From an uncultured Verrucomicrobiae bacterium (GTDB lineage Bacteria > Verrucomicrobiota > Verrucomicrobiia > Limisphaerales > J093), in NCBI GenBank assembly GCA_937976685.1, contig CALJWR010000240.1, forward strand, positions 1 through 46,143: DNA of 46,143 bases. The letters are read 5' to 3'. The notes under the pieces were generated by a model. It worked only from the letters and a program-made list of their open reading frames with translations. It had not been told where the DNA came from and made no database searches. Within the stretch, counting starts at the first letter, position 1, and each line of letters begins with the position of its first letter. Below, one piece after another: positions 9,520 to 17,445 of this stretch. A program made the translations under genes and the position numbers.

Positions 9520-10236
9520 ATGCGATCGCTCCGTCATCTCTTTGAGAACAACCGGGCCTGGTCGGAGGACCTCCGGCGGCGCGATCCCCAATTCTTCGCG
9601 CGGCTGACGCGGCAGCAAAAACCGCAATACCTCTGGATCGGTTGCTCGGACAGCCGCGTGCCGGCCAACGAGATTGTCGGGCTGCTTCCCGGGGAGATCT
9701 TTGTACACCGGAATGTCGCCAACGTCGTGGTGCATACCGACCTCAACTGTCTGTCCGTGTTGCAGTACGCGGTGGACGTTCTGGGCGTGCGCGACGTGAT
9801 CGTCTGCGGACACTACGGTTGTGGCGGCGTGCTCTCGGCCTTGCGGGGAGACCGTTTGGGCCTGGCGAGCAACTGGCTGCGCCACGTCCAGGACGTCTAT
9901 CGGAAGCACCAAGCTCGCATTGACGGACTGGGCGGCGAGTCAGCGCGCTGCAACCGGCTCTGCGAGCTCAACGTGGTCGAGCAGGTCATGAACGTGTGCC
10001 AAACCACGGTGGTGGCGGAAGCGTGGGGCCGCGGTCAGCGCCTCGCGGTGCATGGCTGGATTTACGGCCTGCATGATGGCCTGCTGCGCGATCTCGGACT
10101 CTGTGTCACCGGCCCGGAGCAAATGGCTGCGGCCCTCGCGGCCGCACTGGCTCTCATCGGTGATTCCCCCGAAAAGATCTCACCCCGAGCCGGCCCCCCG
10201 GGCCACCCATTCTTGTCAACGACCTTAGCCCGTTAA
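9520..10236 (+). CDS. can: Beta-class carbonic anhydrase (Can/YadF-like)
   Basis: Zn-ligand motifs WIGCSDSRVP and VCGHYGCGG, plus FVHRNVAN, LCELNV and VHGWIY. Confidence 0.96.
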   Translation: MRSLRHLFENNRAWSEDLRRRDPQFFARLTRQQKPQYLWIGCSDSRVPANEIVGLLPGEIFVHRNVANVVVHTDLNCLSVLQYAVDVLGVRDVIVCGHYGCGGVLSALRGDRLGLASNWLRHVQDVYRKHQARIDGLGGESARCNRLCELNVVEQVMNVCQTTVVAEAWGRGQRLAVHGWIYGLHDGLLRDLGLCVTGPEQMAAALAAALALIGDSPEKISPRAGPPGHPFLSTTLAR

Positions 10237-10255
10237 CCTCATCCCAAAAAACATT

Positions 10256-10537
10256 ATGCCTCAAGCCATTGGAATGCTCGAAACCCGCGGCCTCGTCGCC
10301 CTGGTGGAAGGAACCGACGCCATGCTGAAAGCCGCGAACGTGGAACTCGCCGGCCCGATGACCCAGGTCGGCAACGCACTGGTCACCGCGGTCGTGGTGG
10401 GCGATGTCGCCGCCGTGAAAGCCGCCGTGGACGCCGGCGCCCAAGCCGTAAAGTCCATCAGCGGTGAGGTGGTCAGCGTTCACGTCATCGCCCGACCGCA
10501 CGCTGATGTTGAAGCGGTGCTGCCGAAGAAAAAGTAG
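10256..10537 (+). CDS. BMC-H hexameric shell protein
   Basis: AIGMLETRG...DAMLKAANV...[13 protein letters not shown]...HVIARPH. Confidence 0.97.
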   Translation: MPQAIGMLETRGLVALVEGTDAMLKAANVELAGPMTQVGNALVTAVVVGDVAAVKAAVDAGAQAVKSISGEVVSVHVIARPHADVEAVLPKKK

Positions 10538-10621
10538 GCGGACGGCGGAAGCCAGACGCCTGACCGTGGCCGCTGGGGCACCGTTCCAGACCTTGGCTTC
10601 TGAACCCTGACTTCTCCCGCC

Positions 10622-10939
10622 ATGTTCCTCGCCAAAGTCGAAGGTTCGGTCGTCGCGACAAAGAAGGACCCGGGCATGACCGGCCGCAAGCTGCTTCTGC
10701 TCCGCCCCATGCTCGTGGACGAGAAGGATCCGGCCAGGTTCCGCCCGGGGGCGAACACGATCGTCGCCGTGGACAGCGTGGGCGCCGGCGAAGGCGAACT
10801 GGTCCTGTTCTGCCAGGGGAGCTCGGCACGACTCGCGCCGGGACTCAAGGACTGCCCCGTGGACGCCGTGGTGATCGGCATTGTGGACACCGTGGATGTC
10901 CTCGGTCGGCAGGTTTTCAACGCCCGGACCCAAGCCTGA
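10622..10939 (+). CDS. BMC-P (EutN/CcmL) pentameric vertex protein
   Basis: MFLAKVEGSVVATKK...VAVDSVGAGEGELVL...GSSAR...DAVVIGIVD. Confidence 0.96.
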   Translation: MFLAKVEGSVVATKKDPGMTGRKLLLLRPMLVDEKDPARFRPGANTIVAVDSVGAGEGELVLFCQGSSARLAPGLKDCPVDAVVIGIVDTVDVLGRQVFNARTQA

Positions 10940-11010
10940 TGGCACGCTGACTCCTGGCCACTCGTCGAACCGCTACGCCGCATCTGGAACCCCCAACTCC
11001 CCCTCCCCGC

Positions 11011-12504
11011 ATGAGCACATCTCTCCCGGTCAACGAAGCCCTCATCCGTGACGTCGTCAGCGAAGTTCTCAGCCGCCTGGGCAAGGGCGCTCCCCCAGCC
11101 GCGTCGCCCGCGGTCAACCCCGCCTGCGGTTGTCCGACTGGCGCGAAGCCAGCCGCAGCACCGCCCCGCGGCACTTTTGGGGTTTTTCAGAACGCCGATG
11201 AGGCGTGCGCCGCGGCGCATGCGGCCTATCTGCAGCTTTCCGAAAAGGGGGTCGCCGGGCGGGTCAAGGTGGTGCAGATCGTCAAGGATCTCTGCTTCGC
11301 CCACGCCAAGGAGTGGGGTCGGATCGAACTGGAGGAAACGAAGATCGGCCGGCTGGACCACAAGATTGAGAAGCTCCTCGGGCAGCGAGGCATTCCGGGC
11401 GTGGAGTTCCTGAATCCCTACGGTCTCAGTGGCGACCACGGCATCACGCTCGAGGAGTACGCCCCGTTCGGTGTGATCGGCGCGGTGACGCCGAGCACGC
11501 ATTCAATTCCGACGATGGCCTGCAACATCATCAGCATGGTCGCCGCAGGCAATGCGATTGTCTTCAACGCGCATCCCGGAGCCTACAAGTGCGCGGTCAT
11601 GGCGGCGCGCGTCTTCAATGAGGCCATCCATCGCGAGCTGGGCATCGAGAACCTCGCCTGCATTGTGGATCCGCCAACCCTCGACTCCTTCAACGCCATC
11701 GCGAAAAACGAGCACGTCCGGCTCCTCTGCGTGACGGGCGGGCCGGGCGTCGTGAAGGCTGCCATGGCCAGTGGCAAGCGCGCCATCTGCGCGGGGCCGG
11801 GCAACCCTCCCGTGCTGGTGGACGGAACCAGTTGCCTTGCTAACGCGGCGCGCTGCGTCGTCCTAGGCGCCGCCTACGACAACAATCTGCTTTGCATCGG
11901 CGAGAAGCAGGTCTTCGTGTTGGAACCGTACTTCGACAAGTTCACGGCGGAGCTTGAGAAGGCAGGTGGCTATCGCCTCACGGACGCCCAGGTCGAACGG
12001 CTGACCAAGGCGGCGTTCGTGATTCCGCCGGGCACCGGCGCGGGCTGCGGTCATCCGGTGGTGAATCGCGATCTCGTGGGACGCGACCCCGAGGTGCTCG
12101 CCCGGGCGGCGGGGGCGAGCATCCCCGCCGGCACGCAACTGCTCTTCGCCGAAACACCCCCCGATCACCTGTTCGTGGACGAGGAGCAGATGATGCCGTT
12201 TCTGCCCATCGTGCGTGTCAAGACGGTCGAGGAGGGAATTGCGCACGCCAAACGGTCAGAGCGGGGCTACAAACACTCGGCCATGATTCACTCGCACGAC
12301 GTGGCGAACATGACGGCGATGGCCAGGGCCCTTGAGACCACGCTCTTCGTGAAGAACGGCGCCTGCGTGGCAGGCCTTGGCCATGGCGGCGAGGGCTATG
12401 CCAACTTCAGCATCGCCACGACCACCGGCGAGGGCATCTGCAACCCGCGCACCTTCACGCGCGTTCGCCGCTGCGTGATGGTGGACAAGCTGAGGATCTT
12501 CTGA
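11011..12504 (+). CDS. CoA-acylating aldehyde dehydrogenase (EutE/PduP-like) with N-terminal encapsulation peptide
   Basis: Motifs PFGVIGAVTPST, VTGGPGVV, AGPGNPP, catalytic DNNLLCIGEK, EQMMP and TTTGEG; N-terminal helix NEALIRDVVSEVLSRLG. Confidence 0.96.
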   Translation: MSTSLPVNEALIRDVVSEVLSRLGKGAPPAASPAVNPACGCPTGAKPAAAPPRGTFGVFQNADEACAAAHAAYLQLSEKGVAGRVKVVQIVKDLCFAHAKEWGRIELEETKIGRLDHKIEKLLGQRGIPGVEFLNPYGLSGDHGITLEEYAPFGVIGAVTPSTHSIPTMACNIISMVAAGNAIVFNAHPGAYKCAVMAARVFNEAIHRELGIENLACIVDPPTLDSFNAIAKNEHVRLLCVTGGPGVVKAAMASGKRAICAGPGNPPVLVDGTSCLANAARCVVLGAAYDNNLLCIGEKQVFVLEPYFDKFTAELEKAGGYRLTDAQVERLTKAAFVIPPGTGAGCGHPVVNRDLVGRDPEVLARAAGASIPAGTQLLFAETPPDHLFVDEEQMMPFLPIVRVKTVEEGIAHAKRSERGYKHSAMIHSHDVANMTAMARALETTLFVKNGACVAGLGHGGEGYANFSIATTTGEGICNPRTFTRVRRCVMVDKLRIF

Positions 12505-12654
12505 TGCGCGCACACGGTCCTTGGTTGGCGGTCCCCCGTCGGCCGCGGAAGACAACCCGCGGCGGCCTCGCCGGAGCTCCAGCCGGGAAGCTCCCGCGAC
12601 TGGCTGACGAAACCACCCGCCAGGAACGCGGACCCCAGAGCAACCTGTCAACCC

Positions 12655-12963
12655 ATGCTCCTCGCCCGTGTTGAAGGTTCGGTGATCGCCACCCGGAAGC
12701 ATCCCAGCTACGAGGGCTGGCGGCTGTTGATCTGTCAGCCGATCGCTGCTTCTGGTGAGCCCGAAGGAACGCCCCAGATCGCGATTGATCCCCACGGCGC
12801 CGGCCTGCACGAACGCGTCATCATCTCGTCCGACGGCATGGCCGCGCGTCTGGCGGTGGGCGATCCGAAAAGCCCGGCCCGCTGGATGATCATCGGGTTA
12901 GTGGATGAGCCCGAGTCGCTCGCCGCCGCTGTCCCGCAGACGTCAAGGAGTCCTGCAGCATGA
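12655..12963 (+). CDS. BMC-P (EutN/CcmL) vertex protein
   Basis: MLLARVEGSVIATRKHPS...IAIDPHGAG...ISSDG..AR...SPARWMIIGLVD. Confidence 0.95.
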   Translation: MLLARVEGSVIATRKHPSYEGWRLLICQPIAASGEPEGTPQIAIDPHGAGLHERVIISSDGMAARLAVGDPKSPARWMIIGLVDEPESLAAAVPQTSRSPAA

Positions 12964-13262
12964 GACTTGGCACCGTCATCGGGCGGGTGACGCTCAGCAA
13001 GACGATCCCTCCCTTCAAGGGGGGGCGCTGGCTGGTGATCAGTCCCTTCACGCGACAACATTTTCAGCATCGGCGCGAACCGCCCGTGGGCTTGAGTCGC
13101 GATCCTTCCTTGGTGGCTTACGACAGTCTCGGTGGCGGCGTGGGCGATACCGTCGGCTTCAGCGAGGGACGCGAGGCGGCCATGCCCTTTGACCAGCCGA
13201 CGCCCGTGGACGCGATCACGGTGGCGATCATTGACGACGTGTTCTATTCACCCCAGACCTGA
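12960..13262 (+). CDS. BMC-P (EutN/CcmL) vertex protein
   Basis: MRLGTVIGRVTLSK...AYDSLGGGVGD...SEGREAAMPF...PVDA..AIID; ATGA overlap with the previous gene. Confidence 0.93.
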   Translation: MRLGTVIGRVTLSKTIPPFKGGRWLVISPFTRQHFQHRREPPVGLSRDPSLVAYDSLGGGVGDTVGFSEGREAAMPFDQPTPVDAITVAIIDDVFYSPQT

Positions 13263-13293
13263 AGGCCGTGGCTCACGGCTCCATGCCTGACCT

Positions 13294-14361
13294 ATGAAGA
13301 AAGTCCTCAGTCAACGTGACGTGGAAGAGATGCTCCGTCAGGGAGCGGATCTCACCGCCATCCCAGCGGACACCATTCTCACACCGTCCGCCCGCGACCT
13401 GCTCCGCGACGTGCTGGAAAACGTCCGCACTCCGTCCAGCCTTACGACTCCGACCAGGGTCGCCGTCGCGGCCGCCAGTTCGACGCAGCCGCCGGCGAAG
13501 CCTCTGAACTCAAAGTCGCCCAAGGCCGAACTGGAGGCCTTCTTCCACTCGGCTCACGCCCTCGATCTCAAGCAGCAAATCTGCGAGATGGGCCGCCGTC
13601 TGTGGCAGCGTGCGTATGTGGATGGCAACGGCGGCAACATGGCCATCCGCGTTGGCGAAGACATCGCCCTTTGTACCCCGACGCTGGTCAGCAAAGGCTC
13701 GCTCAAGCTCGAAGACATGTGCCTCGTGGACTTCGAGGGGAATCAGTTGCTCGGCATCAAGAAGCGCACCAGCGAGATCCTGATGCACCTGCAAATCATG
13801 AAGCGGCAGCCCAAAGCCATCGCCACGTGCCACTGCCATCCGCCCTACGCCACGGGCTTCGCGGTGGCCGGCATCGTGCCCCCGACGTGCATGCTGCCGG
13901 AGTACGAGGTCTTTTGCGCGGTGGCCGTCGCACCGTACCGGACGCCCGGCACGCCGGAGATGGGCAAACTCGTGGCCGACCTCGTGGACCAGCACAACAC
14001 CATCCTCATGGCCAACCACGGTGTCGTCACGTGGAGCCACAACAACATCGAGGAGGCCTACTGGCGGATGGAAATCATCGAGGCGTACTGCCGCACCTTG
14101 ATGGTCGCGGCCCAGCTCGGCGTGAAGCCCAACACATTCTCGCCCCAGCAGCTTCAGGATCTGCTCAAGATCAAGCAGAGCCTCGGCTACGTGGACCCGC
14201 GTTACGGGCTGAAGGAATGCGAACTTTGCGACAATGACGAGTGGCGCCCGGGGGTCACCTGCCAGGTCCCGGCCCAATCCGAGACCACGACCGGCTACGA
14301 CGCCGAGGCGGAAGCGGTTGTCCAGGCCGTGACCGATCAGATCATGGCGCAGCTCAAGTGA
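13294..14361 (+). CDS. Class II aldolase/adducin family (fuculose/rhamnulose-1-P aldolase-like PVM signature enzyme)
   Basis: Motifs GNGGN, TPTLVSKG, TSEILMH, HCHPPYAT and LMANHGV; N-terminal extension; C-terminal helix EAEAVVQAVTDQIMAQLK. Confidence 0.93.
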   Translation: MKKVLSQRDVEEMLRQGADLTAIPADTILTPSARDLLRDVLENVRTPSSLTTPTRVAVAAASSTQPPAKPLNSKSPKAELEAFFHSAHALDLKQQICEMGRRLWQRAYVDGNGGNMAIRVGEDIALCTPTLVSKGSLKLEDMCLVDFEGNQLLGIKKRTSEILMHLQIMKRQPKAIATCHCHPPYATGFAVAGIVPPTCMLPEYEVFCAVAVAPYRTPGTPEMGKLVADLVDQHNTILMANHGVVTWSHNNIEEAYWRMEIIEAYCRTLMVAAQLGVKPNTFSPQQLQDLLKIKQSLGYVDPRYGLKECELCDNDEWRPGVTCQVPAQSETTTGYDAEAEAVVQAVTDQIMAQLK

Positions 14362-14413
14362 GCCTCGCGTCGCTCCAGTTCCGTCCCTGTTGCTGCTTGA
14401 TCCCTCCTTGCCC

Positions 14414-15340
14414 ATGAAAGTCACAATCATCGGTGGCGGCGGCCGCGTCGGCTCCTGCGCCGCCTTCGCCCTTCAGTGCGGCGGCGTGGTCGCCGAAATC
14501 CAGTTGATGGACGCCAACCAGGCGGCCGCCGAAGGCGAGGCGCTCGATCTGCTGCACGGCGCGGCATTCACGGCCGATCAACGCCTGTACGCGGGCGACT
14601 ACGCGCGGGCGGCCGACAGCGACCTGTTCCTCATCACGGCCGGCCTGCGGCGCAAACCCGACGAGTCCAGGCTCGACCTCATCAACCGTAACGTCGCGCT
14701 CTTCACCCAGATCCTCGACGCGATCAAGGCGGCCGGTTTTCGCAGGGACGCTCACGTGTTCGTCGTGTCAAACCCGGTGGACATTCTCACCCAGCTCGCC
14801 GTGGGGCGACTGGGTCTGCCTTGGTCGCAGGTCTATGGCTTGGGCACCATGCTGGACAGCGCCCGGTTCAGCTCCCTGATCGCGGACGAATTCAAGCTGG
14901 CCCCCACCCAGGTCAAAGCCCTCATCCTGGGCGAACACGGCGATTCGATGGTGCCCATCTGGTCCAGCGCCACGGTCAATGGCCTGCCGCTGGCGGGCCT
15001 GCCGCAGTTCACGCCGGGTTTTCAGAACGCGGTCTTCGAACGGACCAAGGGCAGCGGCGCCGAGGTGATCAAGCGCAAGGGCGGTGCGGGCTGGGCGGTG
15101 GCCGTCGCCATCCGGGACGTGATCCACGCCGTGGCGTTGAACCAGCGGCGGTTGCTGCCCGTGTCCTCCCTGGTGCAGGGCGCGTACGGCATTCGCAACG
15201 TTTGTCTCAGTGTGCCGTCGGTCGTGGGACGCGCCGGCGTCGAGAAGCACGTCGAGATCAAACTCTGGCCGAAGGAGATTACCGGCCTGCAGAACTCGGC
15301 GCGGGCCCTGGAGGACACCCTGGCCAAGGTCAGGGCGTAA
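14414..15340 (+). CDS. ldh: L-lactate/malate dehydrogenase family (PVM LDH)
   Basis: Motifs IIGGGGRVG, GEALDLLHG, ITAGLRRKPDESRLDL, VVSNPVD, LDSARF and LGEHGDS; ATG 14414. Confidence 0.92.
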   Translation: MKVTIIGGGGRVGSCAAFALQCGGVVAEIQLMDANQAAAEGEALDLLHGAAFTADQRLYAGDYARAADSDLFLITAGLRRKPDESRLDLINRNVALFTQILDAIKAAGFRRDAHVFVVSNPVDILTQLAVGRLGLPWSQVYGLGTMLDSARFSSLIADEFKLAPTQVKALILGEHGDSMVPIWSSATVNGLPLAGLPQFTPGFQNAVFERTKGSGAEVIKRKGGAGWAVAVAIRDVIHAVALNQRRLLPVSSLVQGAYGIRNVCLSVPSVVGRAGVEKHVEIKLWPKEITGLQNSARALEDTLAKVRA

Positions 15341-15343
15341 CCC

Positions 15344-16627
15344 GTGAAATCGCTCGACGCCAAGCTGGCTGAGATCAGGGCCAACCCCCGCTCGCGCGCC
15401 TTCATCATCGCGGACGCCAAAGACGCAGACATGGCCTTCGGCGTGAAGGCCCCCGGGCCCCGGTCCTATTTATCAGCGCAGGGCGCGCGGCCGGCGCAGT
15501 TTTCGCCCGAGGTGTGGACGCGCGAGGAGTTCGGCTACCGCAACCTGCCCGAGTTCCTCGACATCATCCGCGAAGTGACCCGCCAGGGCTTGGTGGACAT
15601 CATGCTCATGTCCGCCTACGTCAACGACCTCCTCACGATCAAGGAGGGCCTCTTCAAGGACTCTCACGTCACGCCTGCGGCCCGCGCCAACGACACCACG
15701 GACGTGTGGGCCGCCCGCCACGGGAGCTACACCAAGGAACCGGCGCAGCCTTTCCGGAGCGCGAGCATTGACCAGATCCAATGCGGGCGCGTGGAGTGCG
15801 ACCGGACGACCGAGGAGTTTCCCGGGGCCAACCTCGGCCTGTACAGCGTGACCTGGGTCAACGATCTCGAACAGGACCGCCGCACGCTGCTCGAGTACAA
15901 AGCCTTCCGCGATGAGGCCGAGCGAAAACGGTTCCGCCATTTCCTCGAAGTCTTCGATCCGAACGTGGACAGCGGCATTCCGCCGGAAAAACTCGGCGAG
16001 TTCATCAACGACCAGATCCTCCGCACGCTCGCCGGTGTGCCCGAGACCGGACGGCCGCTCTTTCTCAAGATCGTCTATCACGGTCCGCGCGCGATGGAGG
16101 AGCTCTGCCAGTACGACCCAAACATGGTCGTCGGCATTCTGGGCGGCGGGGCGGGCACCACGTACGATGCCTTCAAGCTCATCCACGAGGCGCAAAAGTA
16201 CGGCGCGCGGGTGGCGTTGTTCGGGCGCAAGATCAACCACGCCGAGCACCAGCTTGCGTTCATCGAGATGCTGCGGCTGATCACGGATGGCCACGTCACG
16301 CCGGAAGAGGCCGTACGTGCCTACCACGGTGTGCTTCAAGCCAAGGGCATCCAGCCGCATCGCCCGCTCGACGAGGACTTGGAACTCACCGACCAAGCCA
16401 TGAGCTACGGCGGTGGAGGGACGCGGACCACGGTGCAAATCCGGGCCAATCCCCTCGTCGGGCCGGCGCGACCGACGGTACCCAAAAGCGCAAGTGCGTC
16501 CGCGAAGGCGGAATTGACCGCACCCGTCTGGCCCACCCGGCCCGACGGCTCGCCTGACTTCGCCGCGATGAATTCCGCCCAGCGTGCGGCGTTCGATGCC
16601 TGGCGCCTCAAGCGGCGGTTCGGTTGA
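15344..16627 (+). CDS. TIM-barrel aldolase/decarboxylase-like protein (resembles OiaC 3-oxo-isoapionate decarboxylase)
   Basis: Starts 3 nt after the ldh stop and has strongly GC3-biased codons. Motifs FIIADAKDADM, RANDTTD, LGLYSVT, FLKIVY, GILGGGAGTT and GARVALFGRKIN. The family call rests on recollection of the motif series, not on a search. Confidence 0.6.
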   Translation: MKSLDAKLAEIRANPRSRAFIIADAKDADMAFGVKAPGPRSYLSAQGARPAQFSPEVWTREEFGYRNLPEFLDIIREVTRQGLVDIMLMSAYVNDLLTIKEGLFKDSHVTPAARANDTTDVWAARHGSYTKEPAQPFRSASIDQIQCGRVECDRTTEEFPGANLGLYSVTWVNDLEQDRRTLLEYKAFRDEAERKRFRHFLEVFDPNVDSGIPPEKLGEFINDQILRTLAGVPETGRPLFLKIVYHGPRAMEELCQYDPNMVVGILGGGAGTTYDAFKLIHEAQKYGARVALFGRKINHAEHQLAFIEMLRLITDGHVTPEEAVRAYHGVLQAKGIQPHRPLDEDLELTDQAMSYGGGGTRTTVQIRANPLVGPARPTVPKSASASAKAELTAPVWPTRPDGSPDFAAMNSAQRAAFDAWRLKRRFG

Positions 16628-16677
16628 ATCCCGGAAGTCAATCGGGCCAGCCCGCGGCCGGGGCAATCGCTGCCCGA

Positions 16678-16875
16678 TCAACCCAGTGAGCGGCCTTGAG
16701 CCGCCCACCCTCGGCGCATCAAGCCCAGCAAGTGCGCCAAGGCATCCTCATAGGCCCGTCCTTTGGCGGCAGCGAGCTGCCGGGCGCGTTTGTCGAGTTG
16801 GGCCGCCATCCCGGCGCATTTCGCCGCCGGACAGCCCATCACCGCGAGCAGTTGCGCGAGTTCGGCAAGGTCCAT
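16678..16875 (-). CDS. Small helical hypothetical protein
   Basis: ATG start, protein-like amphipathic sequence (MAAQLDKRARQLA...YEDALAHLLGLM), co-oriented with and downstream of the cyclophilins. Confidence 0.6.
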   Translation of the reverse strand: MDLAELAQLLAVMGCPAAKCAGMAAQLDKRARQLAAAKGRAYEDALAHLLGLMRRGWAAQGRSLG

Positions 16876-16925
16876 CTAACGAAGCATCCCGGGTGAGGCA
16901 CCCCGCCCGCGCCGGCAAGCGTCGC

Positions 16926-17426
16926 TTACCCCGCCTGCTCGGCCGGGACGATCTTCACGCTGACCAGCGTCTGTTTGGTGGTCGGACGATCGCCGGGTTG
17001 GGTGGGTGTCGTGGCGATCTTGTCGAGCACGTCGTCGCCCTTGATCAACCGGCCAAACGCCGTGTACTGACGATCCAGGAAACGGGCGTCGGCGTGGCAG
17101 ATGAAGAACTGGCTGCCGGCGGAATCGGGGTCCTGCGCACGGGCCATCGAGAGGACCCCGCGGACGTGCGGCCGGTCGTTGAACTCGGCCTTGATCTGAT
17201 AGTTCGGCCCGCCGGTGCCCCAGCGACGCTGCTGGGAATCGTCCCTAGTCAGCGGGTCGCCTCCCTGGATCATGAAACCCTTGATGACCCGGTGGAAGCA
17301 GGTGCCGTCGTAAAAGCCCTGCCGGGCCAGCTTCTTGAAGTTCTCGACGTGGCCGGGCGCGACGTCCGGCCAGAACTCGAGGACCATTTCGCCGGCACTG
17401 GTGGTGAGGATGGCGACTTCGTTCAT
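16926..17426 (-). CDS. Cyclophilin-type peptidyl-prolyl isomerase (cytoplasmic)
   Basis: Motifs FYDGTCFHRVIKGFMIQGGDP, LSMAR, SAGSQFFI and YTAFG. Confidence 0.97.
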   Translation of the reverse strand: MNEVAILTTSAGEMVLEFWPDVAPGHVENFKKLARQGFYDGTCFHRVIKGFMIQGGDPLTRDDSQQRRWGTGGPNYQIKAEFNDRPHVRGVLSMARAQDPDSAGSQFFICHADARFLDRQYTAFGRLIKGDDVLDKIATTPTQPGDRPTTKQTLVSVKIVPAEQAG

Positions 17427-17445
17427 GGGATGGATGGCTGGGTAA

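Noticed and set aside
12504-12674. Possible small ORF (MRAHGPWLAV...) or structured RNA in the AldDH/BMC-P spacer
   Set aside because: The translation is Arg/Pro/Gly-rich, does not look like a protein and overlaps the next gene. The short GC hairpins are unremarkable at this GC content.
9520-13262. Carboxysome interpretation (CA plus shell genes)
   Set aside because: There is no RuBisCO, CsoS2 or CcmM/N in the window. The core enzymes (AldDH, PduL, AckA, aldolase) are those of a catabolic metabolosome.
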